Source: a bacterium (lineage in GTDB: Bacteria > Patescibacteriota > JABMPQ01 > JBDRIV01). Taken from it: a DNA stretch of 55,279 bases. The stretch lies in the NCBI GenBank assembly GCA_043815505.1, contig JBDRIV010000003.1:128239-183517 (forward strand), read 5' to 3'. The notes under the pieces are model-generated. The model ran no database searches and was not told the origin of the DNA. It saw only the letters and a list, made by a program, of their open reading frames with translations. A program made the translations under genes and the position numbers. Shown here one piece after another: positions 18,364 through 28,455 of the stretch (positions are counted from its first letter, which is position 1; each line of letters opens with the position of its first letter).

Positions 18364-18769
18364 TTATTGGGCGATTTTTTAATAGGTGGAATAAAAATAA
18401 CCACCCGTAAGTTGAGAGTTAGTTGGCAAAAGTTTTACAGAACCTTAGAAAATGTTTAAGGAGAGAGATTTGTTTTCCTACTTAGAAAGCTGGAAAACAA
18501 ATCTCTTTCCTCAAAAGAAATCAGAGATTTCTTTTGCAAATTGTCAAAGTTCTTTCCCAAGATCCAATTTCATCATAACAGCCTATTATATATCATATTG
18601 ATTATCTTGTCAAGTGTTTTTAGCATTTCGTGATTAATTATGGCTTATATAAGCCAATTTGTGAAATTTACCATTTCCCTATTTTATAACATTTCCATAC
18701 TAGTTTTTTCGATATTATGATTAAATGTGGTATAATGAAGAACACAAAAATTTCTCTCATCACCTTATA

Positions 18770-20281
18770 ATGAAGCTAGTTTTCCGAACAATTTTGTTGG
18801 TCGTAATTGGTTGCGGTCTCATCTTCCCTTCTTTAACATTTGCTTACGCTGAGGCTAATGATTTTATTTATCCTTTAACAAATTGGAATACCAGTACCTG
18901 TAATAATTTTGGTGAATTACGTTATGGAGGTACCACTTATCATATTGGCGATGATTGTGGCAACGAAGTTGGTCAAGCCGTTTACGCTGTAGCTAACGGA
19001 CGTGTAAAACATATTGGTGAACATACTCGTTTTGGGCATGTTATTTTAATTGAGCACACATTAACTAACGGAACAAAGGTAGTTTCTCTTTATGGACATT
19101 TGCGCGGTACCGATATTATGGTTTCAGAGAATCAACAAGTTTTTAAAGGACAAATACTCGGACGTACGGGAACGCGAGCTCAAAATGGTAGCTGGTCTCC
19201 CCATCTACATTTTGGCATTCGCAAAGGCGCTTATGTTGATGTTAATTCCGGCTGGGTTTATTGGGGAATGACAACCAGCTCATCAGTTTTAGCTCAGTGG
19301 CACAATCCCACAGAATTTATTTTGAATCATTCCCAAACAACTTATACCAGACAAACCAGAATTGTGACTGGCCCCGGAATTTCGGGACGTGCTCACATTC
19401 GCCAACTAAAAGTTAACGGCCAGTCTACCAACGGTGATATTTATGCTTTCTCTTCTGATTTTTTTGGTGGGGCTGATGTAGCCACCGGTGATACCAACAG
19501 AAATGGTAAAGATGAAATTGTGGTTGGCGCTGGCCCTGGAACAAGACCGGAAGTAAAAATATTTGAAAAAGATACTGGTCGGCAAGTGTTGGCTTTTGAA
19601 GCCTACGCCAGTTCTTTTCGTGGTGGTGTTAGGGTAGCTTGCGGTGATTTAAACGGTGATGGCTTTGCTGAAATTATAACTGGTCCCGGCCCTGGTGGTG
19701 GTCCACAAGTGAGAGTTTTTTATTCCAATGGTGATGTTTACAATGGTAGTATCTTTCCTTTTTCAGAAAATTTGCGAACCGGTGTGGATGTTACCACTGG
19801 TGATATTGATAATGACGGTAAGGATGAAATTATTGCCGGCCTCGGACCTGGATCACAACCACAAGTAGCAGTAATTTCTGAATACGGAAAAGTAAAAAAG
19901 AAAATGACTATTTTTCCTGCCGGTTTTCGGGGTGGCGTCCGTGTCTCGACTGGTGATATTGATTTAGATAACAAAGCCGAAATTATAGCAGCGGCCGGCC
20001 CTGGTGGTGGACCACATGTTAGGGTTTTTGAAGCAGACGGTTCTCCGCGACCGCTAGATTTTTTTCCTTTTCATCCTGATTTTCGTGGTGGTGTTGATGT
20101 CGCTTCAATTGATACCGATAATGATGGCAAAGATGAAATTATCGCCATGACATCGTCTCTTGGTCAAGCTTGGGTCAAAACTTATAAGTATAACGACGCC
20201 CGTTTAATAGTTTCTAATTTTATGGCTTACGATGCCGGCTTTGAGGGCGGCGGTAACGTAGCTACAGTAAGAAATCCTTAA
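18770..20281 (+). CDS. Secreted M23 peptidase with FG-GAP (GPGGGP-type) repeats
   Basis: HIGDD, YGHL, PHLHF M23 motifs; repeated GDxDxDG..EII.G.GPGGGP.V; start at MKLV because a -10 box overlaps the upstream ATG. Confidence 0.9.
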   Translation: MKLVFRTILLVVIGCGLIFPSLTFAYAEANDFIYPLTNWNTSTCNNFGELRYGGTTYHIGDDCGNEVGQAVYAVANGRVKHIGEHTRFGHVILIEHTLTNGTKVVSLYGHLRGTDIMVSENQQVFKGQILGRTGTRAQNGSWSPHLHFGIRKGAYVDVNSGWVYWGMTTSSSVLAQWHNPTEFILNHSQTTYTRQTRIVTGPGISGRAHIRQLKVNGQSTNGDIYAFSSDFFGGADVATGDTNRNGKDEIVVGAGPGTRPEVKIFEKDTGRQVLAFEAYASSFRGGVRVACGDLNGDGFAEIITGPGPGGGPQVRVFYSNGDVYNGSIFPFSENLRTGVDVTTGDIDNDGKDEIIAGLGPGSQPQVAVISEYGKVKKKMTIFPAGFRGGVRVSTGDIDLDNKAEIIAAAGPGGGPHVRVFEADGSPRPLDFFPFHPDFRGGVDVASIDTDNDGKDEIIAMTSSLGQAWVKTYKYNDARLIVSNFMAYDAGFEGGGNVATVRNP

Positions 20282-21322
20282 ATGAAAATATTAGGTATTG
20301 AATCCTCTTGTGACGAAACCGGAATCGCGATTGTAGAAAATTCTGACAACCGTGTTTTTATTGTGGCCGAAGCACTTAATTCGCAAACTGAAGTTCATGA
20401 AGAATATGGTGGCGTGGTTCCAGAAATGGCTGCCCGCAAACATATTACTGCCATTACTCCGCTACTTAAAAAAGTTTTTCATGATAGTAAATTAGAAATA
20501 AAAGATATTGATGCCATTGCCGTAACTGCCGGACCCGGACTTGTTTCTTCACTTTTAGTTGGTATTGATACTGCTAAAAGTTTAAGTTTTGTTTGGCATA
20601 AACCTTTAATTCCTATTAATCATATTGCTGGTCATATTGCCGCCGCTTGGATTGCAGAAAACAAAGCGGACAAGTTGCCAAAATTTCCTTGTCTAGCTCT
20701 AGTTGTTTCGGGCGGACACACGGAACTGGTTCTAATAAAAAATCATGGGCAGTTTAAATATTTAGGTGGCACCAGAGATGATGCCGCTGGCGAAGCTTTT
20801 GATAAAGTGGGGAAACTGCTCGGCCTACCTTATCCCGGTGGACCAGCTATTGCTAAATTGGCCAAAACTGGGAACGATCGCGCCTTTGATCTTCCCATCC
20901 CGATGTTAAAATATAAAAATTTGGACTTTTCTTTCTCCGGTCTAAAAACTGCTATGCTTTATATTGTAAAAAGACGTACCCAAAAATTAACTGTCAAAGA
21001 AAAACGCGATTTGGCCGCTTCTTTTGAAAGAGTGGTAGTTGATGTTTTGGTGCAAAAAACTTTGCAAGCCTTGGAGCAAGTTAAATGTAAGTCAGTAGTA
21101 CTGGTTGGTGGTGTGGCAGCTAACAACAGACTGCGTCAACAGCTGGCCAGCTCAATTTCTCTTCACAATTTACCTCTTTTTGTACCGGCCAAAAAACTTT
21201 GTACGGACAACGCAGCCATGATAGCAGCTGCCGGTTCTTTTATGTTCAACAAACATCTCTTAAGCACTTGGCAGGACACCAAAGTTCGCGCTAATTGGGA
21301 ACTTTACGAACCAATAATATAA
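20282..21322 (+). CDS. tsaD: tRNA N6-adenosine threonylcarbamoyltransferase
   Basis: ILGIESSCDET, HIAGH, SGGHT, DDAAGEAFDK, TDNAAMI. Confidence 0.97.
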   Translation: MKILGIESSCDETGIAIVENSDNRVFIVAEALNSQTEVHEEYGGVVPEMAARKHITAITPLLKKVFHDSKLEIKDIDAIAVTAGPGLVSSLLVGIDTAKSLSFVWHKPLIPINHIAGHIAAAWIAENKADKLPKFPCLALVVSGGHTELVLIKNHGQFKYLGGTRDDAAGEAFDKVGKLLGLPYPGGPAIAKLAKTGNDRAFDLPIPMLKYKNLDFSFSGLKTAMLYIVKRRTQKLTVKEKRDLAASFERVVVDVLVQKTLQALEQVKCKSVVLVGGVAANNRLRQQLASSISLHNLPLFVPAKKLCTDNAAMIAAAGSFMFNKHLLSTWQDTKVRANWELYEPII

Positions 21323-21343
21323 ACCTCTCTATTTGTCACCCTT

Positions 21344-21433
21344 GCCCAGCTCCAGTTTTGTTAATTTCTTAGTGTTAGATTGGTAAATCTGAGTTTATGA
21401 TAATTTTTTTATATAAAAAACTGTGGTCTGGGC
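21344..21433. repeat. MITE-like element, same ends as 11501-11599
   Basis: GCCCAGCTCCAGTTTT ... AAAACTGTGGTCTGGGC. Confidence 0.65.
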
Positions 21434-21495
21434 TTGACAAAACCCTAGGGATAGCCATAATTGTCATACAGACTCTTATCCCCAGTTTTTCCACA
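21434..21495 (+). promoter_or_regulatory. dnaA promoter with two DnaA-box-like sites
   Basis: TTGACA-N16-CATAAT; TTATCCCCA 21476-21484 and TTTTCCACA 21487-21495. Confidence 0.7.
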
Positions 21496-21588
21496 AACAG
21501 TTTATTGTTCAAATAGAGTCATCTGCCAACTCGTATGATATACTAAGCAGACGAGACTCTAATTTTCAGTTAAAAATTTAAAACCAAC

Positions 21589-22965
21589 ATGACTCACGAC
21601 GAAATTTGGCAAGCAGCCCTGGGCGAGCTTGAACTAAATTTAAGTAAAGCTAACTTTACCACCTGGTTTAGAAATACTTCTATACTAAGTAATAACGATG
21701 GGGTTGTAACTATTGGTGTACCCAATGGTTTTACTAAAGAATGGTTAAAAAATAAATATCATAAATCAGTTTTCAAAGTTTTACAGAACGTTACCAATCA
21801 TGGTGTGCGAGAAATTCATTATGAAGTCTCAACCATTAGAAGAATGGAAGAAGTCAAAAATGTGGAAGCGGGAACGGTCGAAGTAGAAGTAGCACCAGCC
21901 ATGAATAGTACGACCATACCAATTAATGGTATTAATAAAAAATATAATTTCAATAATTTTGTGGTTGGTTCTTCTAATGAACTGGCGCGCGCGGCTTGTC
22001 ATGCTGTTAGCCAAAATCCTGGCACGACTTACAATCCGCTTTTTATTTATGGTGGTGTGGGCTTAGGTAAAACTCACCTTCTTCAATCTATCGGTAATGA
22101 AGTATCTCGTAATAATCCTAATTATAAAGTGGTTTATGTTACTTGTGAAAAGTTTACGGAAGATTTTATTTATTTTATTCAAAATGAATCGGGAAAAAAT
22201 GGTGAATCTAAATTCAAAGCTAAGTATCGCTCAGCCGATGTACTTTTAATTGACGATATTCAGTTTTTAGGCAGTAAAGAAAGAACGCAGGAAGAATTTT
22301 TCCATACTTTCAACACTTTATATCAAAACAATAAGCAAATTGTTTTGACTTCTGATAGACCACCTAAAGCTATTGCTCGCCTGGAAGACCGTTTAGTTTC
22401 ACGTTTTCAAGGTGGTATGTTGGCCGACATTGGCATGCCGGATGTTGAGACCAGAAAAGCTATTTTACAAAACAAATGTCGCGATCGCGAAATAGAAGTT
22501 GATGATGAAGTTTGTACATATATTGCCGAAAATATTCAAAACAATATTCGTGAACTGGAAGGAGCACTCGCTCGCGTGCTCGCTCACGCCCAATTAAATA
22601 ATATTCAACCTGATTTAGAAGTTACCAAACAAGTTCTCAAAAGTGTTTTGGCCGATCCGGGCAGAAAAGCTCTTTCTTCTAAACAAGTTATTTCTACTGT
22701 GGCCGAATTTTTCAATATTAAAACGGATGATCTTTTAGCTAAAAACAGAAAGAAAGAAGTGGCTTGGCCACGCCAAATTACTATGTACATCATGCGCGAT
22801 GAAATGAAAGCTTCATATCCGATGATTGGACAAGAAATTGGTGGCCGTGATCACACCACCGCCATGCATGCTCATGATCAGGTTACCCGCAGATTAGAAA
22901 TTGATGATAACTTGCGCCAAGAATTAGAGCTTATAAAACAAAAGCTTTATCTAAATAATCGTTAG
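21589..22965 (+). CDS. dnaA: Chromosomal replication initiator
   Basis: YNPLFIYGGVGLGKTHL, LLIDDIQF, RELEGAL, GGRDHTT. Confidence 0.99.
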   Translation: MTHDEIWQAALGELELNLSKANFTTWFRNTSILSNNDGVVTIGVPNGFTKEWLKNKYHKSVFKVLQNVTNHGVREIHYEVSTIRRMEEVKNVEAGTVEVEVAPAMNSTTIPINGINKKYNFNNFVVGSSNELARAACHAVSQNPGTTYNPLFIYGGVGLGKTHLLQSIGNEVSRNNPNYKVVYVTCEKFTEDFIYFIQNESGKNGESKFKAKYRSADVLLIDDIQFLGSKERTQEEFFHTFNTLYQNNKQIVLTSDRPPKAIARLEDRLVSRFQGGMLADIGMPDVETRKAILQNKCRDREIEVDDEVCTYIAENIQNNIRELEGALARVLAHAQLNNIQPDLEVTKQVLKSVLADPGRKALSSKQVISTVAEFFNIKTDDLLAKNRKKEVAWPRQITMYIMRDEMKASYPMIGQEIGGRDHTTAMHAHDQVTRRLEIDDNLRQELELIKQKLYLNNR

Positions 22966-22974
22966 TCTAAACTT

Positions 22975-24078
22975 ATGAAATTTATCTGCACTAAAGAAAA
23001 TTTAACCAAAGCTTTAAATACCGTGGCCAAATCTGTCGGCCACGATGTTAATCTTCCGGTGTTGGCTAATGTTTTATTAAAAGCAGAAGATAGTCGCTTA
23101 AAGTTGGCTGCCACCAATTTAGAAATTGGTATAACTTGTTATGTTGGTGGTAAAGTCGATAAAGAGGGTGATATTACCGTTCCCGCTAGATTATTAACTG
23201 ATTATGTTGCTACCTTGCCTGATGATAAGGTTACCATGGAAGTTAGTGAAAGCATTTTGCGCTTGTCAGCTTCTCATTTTGCGGCTGATATTAAAGGTAT
23301 TGAAGCTTCAGAATTTCCCCTTATTCCCGAAGTAAGGGGCGAACCAATTTGTTCACTGCCGGCCAGGGAATTGAAACGGGCCCTGTCGCAGGTTGTTTTT
23401 GCTGCCGCTCTTGATGAATCTCGTCCCGAACTAAGCGGAGTTTTTATCAAATTTGAAGACAATAAAATGGTATTGGCCGCCACCGATGGTTATCGTTTGG
23501 CTGAAAAAACTGTTAAGTTAGCAGCCACAACCAAAGAAGAAACGGACATGATTGTTCCCGCTCGCACTATTCAAGAAATAATTCGCATTCTCCCCGACTC
23601 CGACGAAATTACTTCTCTCACGGTTTCCGAGAATCAAATCAAAGTTGAAGTAGCAGAAATTACCATTATTTCTCGTTTGGTGGATGGAAAATATCCAGAT
23701 TACAAAGGAATTATTCCAGCTGAATTTATTTCTCGTACTAAATTACAAGCTCCCGATTTAGCCAATAGTTTAAAAGCGTCTTCGTTATTTGCCCAAAGTG
23801 GAATTTATGACGTGCACATGCTAATTGATGCTGAGGATGGTAAACTAAAACTTTCTTCTGAGTCAGCTCAGGTGGGCTCTAATATTTCCGATGTACCAAT
23901 TGAAGTTGAGGGCAAACCTTCAGAAGCAACTTTCAATTATCGTTATGTTTTAGATGGATTAAATAGTCTAGGAACCAAAGAGGCGGTGCTTGAACTTAAT
24001 AGTGATTCTGGTCCCGGTGTGTTACGTCCCACTGAAAATGATGATTACATTTATATCATCATGCCGATCAAACAATAA
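22975..24078 (+). CDS. dnaN: DNA polymerase III beta clamp
   Basis: ATNLEI, ATDGYRLA, G.YPDY, IMP tail; follows dnaA. Confidence 0.98.
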   Translation: MKFICTKENLTKALNTVAKSVGHDVNLPVLANVLLKAEDSRLKLAATNLEIGITCYVGGKVDKEGDITVPARLLTDYVATLPDDKVTMEVSESILRLSASHFAADIKGIEASEFPLIPEVRGEPICSLPARELKRALSQVVFAAALDESRPELSGVFIKFEDNKMVLAATDGYRLAEKTVKLAATTKEETDMIVPARTIQEIIRILPDSDEITSLTVSENQIKVEVAEITIISRLVDGKYPDYKGIIPAEFISRTKLQAPDLANSLKASSLFAQSGIYDVHMLIDAEDGKLKLSSESAQVGSNISDVPIEVEGKPSEATFNYRYVLDGLNSLGTKEAVLELNSDSGPGVLRPTENDDYIYIIMPIKQ

Positions 24079-24290
24079 AAGATTAAAGAGATTAGATAAA
24101 AGAGCAAAGAATTAGTGTCCCGCCAAGGCGGGACATTTATTTTGAATTTTTCTTTTTTCTTTTTGCTCTTTTTTAATTGACTACTAAGGTAAATCCTTGT
24201 ATTCTATAGAGAGATATTCTCCATAATTTCACTTAATTCAAAATTAAATATTTTGATTTTTACATTTTAATATTTGAATTTACTTATTTT

Positions 24291-25016
24291 ATGTCCGGTC
24301 ACTCTAAATGGTCAACAATTAAAAGACAGAAGGCTACAACCGATCAAAAAAAGGGTCAGGTTTTTACCAAGCTGGCCCAAAACATAATTCTGGCTGCCAA
24401 AGATGGTCCTGATCCAGAAATGAATTTCAAATTGCGCTTGGCTATTGATCGCGCTCGCACCATGAATATGCCCCAAGAAAATATTAAGCGAGCTATTGAA
24501 CGCGGCGCGGGAACGGACAATGATGTAGTTTTAGAAGAAGTTTTATACGAGGCTTATGGTCCAGGTGGTTCGGCTATACTTATTGAATGTGTAACCGATA
24601 ACAAAAATAGAACTGTTACGGATGTGAAGCAGGCCTTGCAAAAAAATGGTGGCACTTTTGCTGGTAGTGGTAGTGTGCAATGGAAATTTGAACAAAAAGG
24701 ACAACTGGTGATTGAAAAAAGGAATTTGACTATGAACGAAGAAGAATTACAACTTCTCCTTATTGAAAATGGGGCCGATGACATTAATATTTATGATGAG
24801 ACTATTGAAATTATTACAGCGCCAAATGATTTAAAAAAAGTTCAGGAAATATTACAGGGGGAAAAAATAGAGTTATCCGACGCCTCCCTTTCTTATTTAC
24901 CAAAAACTGATATGAACGTTAGCGATGACGATAAAAGTAAAATTAATAAGCTGGTAGAAGTTTTTGAAGAAATTGATGAAGTACAACAAATTTATATGGA
25001 CGTAAACACAGATTAA
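24291..25016 (+). CDS. yebC: YebC/PmpR family protein
   Basis: MSGHSKW, YEAYGPGG, TDNKNRT. Confidence 0.96.
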   Translation: MSGHSKWSTIKRQKATTDQKKGQVFTKLAQNIILAAKDGPDPEMNFKLRLAIDRARTMNMPQENIKRAIERGAGTDNDVVLEEVLYEAYGPGGSAILIECVTDNKNRTVTDVKQALQKNGGTFAGSGSVQWKFEQKGQLVIEKRNLTMNEEELQLLLIENGADDINIYDETIEIITAPNDLKKVQEILQGEKIELSDASLSYLPKTDMNVSDDDKSKINKLVEVFEEIDEVQQIYMDVNTD

Positions 25017-25507
25017 TGACTACGATTTTAGGCATAGATCCTGGTTTGGCAACAACTGGTTTTGGTTTAATAAAAGCTGATAAAAAAGGCTTACAAATGT
25101 TAAAATATGGTTGTCTAACTACTCCTGCTCACGAAAAAATACCCACCAGACTTCTTACTGTTGCAAAGGATTTAAATAAAATTATTAAATTGTATAAACC
25201 AGAAATTGTTTCTTGTGAAGAACTGTTTTTTGCTGCCAACAGCAAAACCGCTATTGCTGTCGGCCAAGCTCGTGGTGTAGCTTTGTTGAAATTTGCTGAG
25301 CACCACTTACCTGTTTATGAATTTACACCCTTAGAAGTTAAACTAGCTCTTACTGGTTATGGCCGAGCAGATAAAAATCAAATGCAACAAATGGTTAAAC
25401 TCTTACTTAATTTAGAAAATATTCCTAAGCCTGATGATGCCGCCGACGCTTTAGCCATCGCGGTTTGTCTGGCCCATTCTTTGTCATTAGTAAAAATGCA
25501 TGCTTAA
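25016..25507 (+). CDS. ruvC: Holliday junction resolvase
   Basis: ILGIDPG, EELFF, GYGRADK, DDAADALAIA. Confidence 0.97.
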   Translation: MTTILGIDPGLATTGFGLIKADKKGLQMLKYGCLTTPAHEKIPTRLLTVAKDLNKIIKLYKPEIVSCEELFFAANSKTAIAVGQARGVALLKFAEHHLPVYEFTPLEVKLALTGYGRADKNQMQQMVKLLLNLENIPKPDDAADALAIAVCLAHSLSLVKMHA

Positions 25508-27008
25508 AAAAATATTCTTTTTTCTGATACTAATCGGTTTATTTATGCCCCTGCCATCAGTTGCACAAAGTTCAACTGAAACCTCTACTGAACTTAAAGC
25601 TATAATTGGCGAAAACCAAAGCGTGGCCGTGGACAGAAAAATTGTTCTTGACGCTTCTCGTTCCAAAGGCACAACCGATAACACCAATTATACCTGGGAT
25701 TTTGGGGACGGACAAAAAGATTATGGCATTGATGTTATTCATTCTTACAGCACACCCGGTGACTATACTGTGACCTTACAACTAACTGACGGTAATAAAA
25801 ATAGTGAGGCGGAATTAGTTGTTAGTGTTTATGAAGATTTAATTGTTTTACTTTCCGATCAGTCATATTCTGAAGAACAATTTCAGAATTTAAAAAACTA
25901 TGCTAACAAACAAGGGGTACTTTTAATAAATGTCACTACTACCAAAAAAGAAGCTGACTATATTGTGGAAGAATCTTTGGCTGAAGAACTTTTAACTAAA
26001 AAAGAAGATTTGCAGAAAGCTGATATTATTATGGTTTATACCAAAGGTAATACCGGCTTAAATGCCTTGTCAAATTTTGCTAAAAGTATTGAGAACTCTG
26101 CAGATTTAGACATAAACAACAAAGCGATTGTTTATATTACCAAAGAAAGTTTGTCACCAACTGCTCGTATTGCTCAAGGAACGTTTGATATTTTAGGACC
26201 GCAATATATATTACTGGCACGCGAAGAAATCATGCAACAAGTTGTGGATGCTACTAAATTAGATGAACCTGTTACTTCAGTACGCAGTATTAGTGGCGAA
26301 CAATATTTAGTTGGAATTCATAGTCACCGGGCTGTTAAAGAATTGGGTATTACCAATTTCATGTCCTACACTATAAATTATTTAGTCAATAAAGGTGTGT
26401 CCATTTCTAACTTGGTGTTAATTTTAATGCTCCCCATTATTGCCACCATTATTGCTTTTGCCCGCCAAATTTTGGGAATAAAAACTTTTGGTATTTATAC
26501 CCCTTCCATAATTGCCTTGGCTTTTATTGCCGCCGGTTTAAAATACGGTCTAACAATCTTTTTGTTGATGTTAGTCACGGCCACTATTTTCCGTTTGTTT
26601 ATCAAAAAATTTCGTTTAACCTATTTGCCTCGCATTGCTATTGTTTTAACAATCGTTTCTTTAACCATTTTAGGAGCTTTTGTTTTAGGAGCTTACACGG
26701 GTCGCACTGGTTTTATTGCCGTTTCGGCTTTACCCATTCTCGTTATGATTATGATGGTAGAAAAATTTATCGCTGTGCAGGCTGAACGTGGTTTGTTAAC
26801 AGCAATATTTTTATCTCTAGAAACGATTTTGGTTTCGGTGGCCTGTTATTTGGTTGTAAAATGGGAAGCATTTGAAACATTAATTCTTGGTTATCCAGAA
26901 TTAATTTTGCTTACTATTTTAATTAATATCTTTTTAGGAAAATGGTCTGGTTTACGTCTAAGTGAATATTTCCGTTTCAAAGAAGTAAGAAAATATATAA
27001 AAAGTTAA
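25500..27008 (+). CDS. PKD domain + 7TM membrane protein (7TM module of the inactive-transglutaminase family)
   Basis: Signal peptide; YTWDFGDG PKD; C-terminal RQILGIKTFGIYTP..LPRIA..GKWSGLRLSEYFRF. Confidence 0.85.
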   Translation: MLKKIFFFLILIGLFMPLPSVAQSSTETSTELKAIIGENQSVAVDRKIVLDASRSKGTTDNTNYTWDFGDGQKDYGIDVIHSYSTPGDYTVTLQLTDGNKNSEAELVVSVYEDLIVLLSDQSYSEEQFQNLKNYANKQGVLLINVTTTKKEADYIVEESLAEELLTKKEDLQKADIIMVYTKGNTGLNALSNFAKSIENSADLDINNKAIVYITKESLSPTARIAQGTFDILGPQYILLAREEIMQQVVDATKLDEPVTSVRSISGEQYLVGIHSHRAVKELGITNFMSYTINYLVNKGVSISNLVLILMLPIIATIIAFARQILGIKTFGIYTPSIIALAFIAAGLKYGLTIFLLMLVTATIFRLFIKKFRLTYLPRIAIVLTIVSLTILGAFVLGAYTGRTGFIAVSALPILVMIMMVEKFIAVQAERGLLTAIFLSLETILVSVACYLVVKWEAFETLILGYPELILLTILINIFLGKWSGLRLSEYFRFKEVRKYIKS

Positions 27009-27009
27009 T

Positions 27010-28455
27010 ATGGCCAATTTTGGAATTCTGGGTATTAACGCCAGAAATTTAAAATATATACGTCCTTCCAATCCTCGCCGCGCAATTCGGCGCATTGATA
27101 ATAAGCTTCTGACTAAGCGCTTGCTCAGAAGAGCGGGAATTAAAACACCTCGTAGTTATGGTATTATTGCCAGCGTTAAAGAGTTGGAAAAATTTAATTG
27201 GGATAAATTGCCAATTAGTTTTGTTGTCAAACCTTCTATGGGTTATGGTGGTGAAGGCATAATGGTTTTGCGCCATGAAGATAAGAAAAAAGTTTTCTTA
27301 AAAAAACCTGTTACTAAAAGAACTTGGTTAACTGATGGTGGCGAAAGAAAAACTTTTGCTGATTTACACCAAAGAATTTTGGATATTTTGGATGGAAACT
27401 TTTCTTTACATGGCACACCAGATATTGCGTTTATGGAAAAACGTTTAGTTAAAGCTCCGCTTTTTAAAAAGCTATGTAAGTCTGGTACACCTGATATCAG
27501 AGTTATTGTTTATAATCGTGTACCCGTTATGGCTATGATGAGAATCCCAACCGAACTTTCTGGTGGACGCGCCAATGTTTCTCAAGGAGCAATCGCTTGT
27601 GGAATTGACATTGCCACTGGCCAAACCACTACCGCCGTTATGAAAGGATTATTTCGAACGATGATTAGCAAACATCCTGATACTGGTGCTGATTTAGAGG
27701 GTATTGAAATTCCTTTTTGGGAAGATATCTTAAAAATGAGCGTTGAAGCTTGGGAAGTTAGTAATTTAGGTTTTTTGGGAGTTGATATTGCTATTGACAA
27801 AAAAGATGGTCCCAATATTTTAGAACTGAATGCTCGACCGGGACTGGAAATTCAAGTCGCCAATAGTGCTCGTTTAGCTAAACGTTTGGATCGTGTTGAA
27901 GGTTTAAAAATTAAAACTGCCGAAAAAGGTATTAGAGTTGCTAAAGAATTGTTCGGTGGTGATTTAGAAAAAAGAATTGAATCAGTTTCTGGTAAAGAAG
28001 TACTCGGTATTATTGAAAATATTCAATTGATTAGCAAAAAAGGCCGTAAAAGAAGTATTAAAGCAAAAATTGACACAGGAGCAGCGGTCACTTCCATTGA
28101 TGAAACCTTGGCTATCAAACTTGGTTTTAGAGACGCAGTTAGCCACGGAAAAAAATGGTTAAAGAAAAAAGTTTATTCTCAAGAAGAAATCAAACAACTA
28201 CGCAAAGATAAAGTACGACAACATTTATTGGAACATGAGGATATCGTTGGTGTAATAAAAAACACCTCCAGTCATGGCAACTCATATCGCATTAGAATTC
28301 CTTTAACCTTTTATATGTCAGGTAAAAAAATAGTTTCGCGTGTTTCGGTTATAAACAGAAAAGAATTATATTATCCCATTATTATTGGACGCCACGATTT
28401 ACAAAACTTTTTAATTGATCCAGGCAAAAACCCAGATCCTTATAGTAAATACTAA
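27010..28455 (+). CDS. Alpha-L-glutamate-ligase-like ATP-grasp fused to retropepsin-like aspartic protease
   Basis: ILGINARN, VVKP..GYGGEGI, DIRVIV, LELNARPGLEIQ; C-terminal AKIDTGA...IIIGR. Confidence 0.88.
   Translation: MANFGILGINARNLKYIRPSNPRRAIRRIDNKLLTKRLLRRAGIKTPRSYGIIASVKELEKFNWDKLPISFVVKPSMGYGGEGIMVLRHEDKKKVFLKKPVTKRTWLTDGGERKTFADLHQRILDILDGNFSLHGTPDIAFMEKRLVKAPLFKKLCKSGTPDIRVIVYNRVPVMAMMRIPTELSGGRANVSQGAIACGIDIATGQTTTAVMKGLFRTMISKHPDTGADLEGIEIPFWEDILKMSVEAWEVSNLGFLGVDIAIDKKDGPNILELNARPGLEIQVANSARLAKRLDRVEGLKIKTAEKGIRVAKELFGGDLEKRIESVSGKEVLGIIENIQLISKKGRKRSIKAKIDTGAAVTSIDETLAIKLGFRDAVSHGKKWLKKKVYSQEEIKQLRKDKVRQHLLEHEDIVGVIKNTSSHGNSYRIRIPLTFYMSGKKIVSRVSVINRKELYYPIIIGRHDLQNFLIDPGKNPDPYSKY

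Noticed and set aside
18232-18459. ORFs overlapping tRNAs (also 49990-50244 and 50021-50218)
   Set aside because: Explained by tRNA-Glu and tRNA-Leu
21434-21588. oriC upstream of dnaA
   Set aside because: Only two imperfect boxes inside the leader, which fits autoregulation better; not fully excluded
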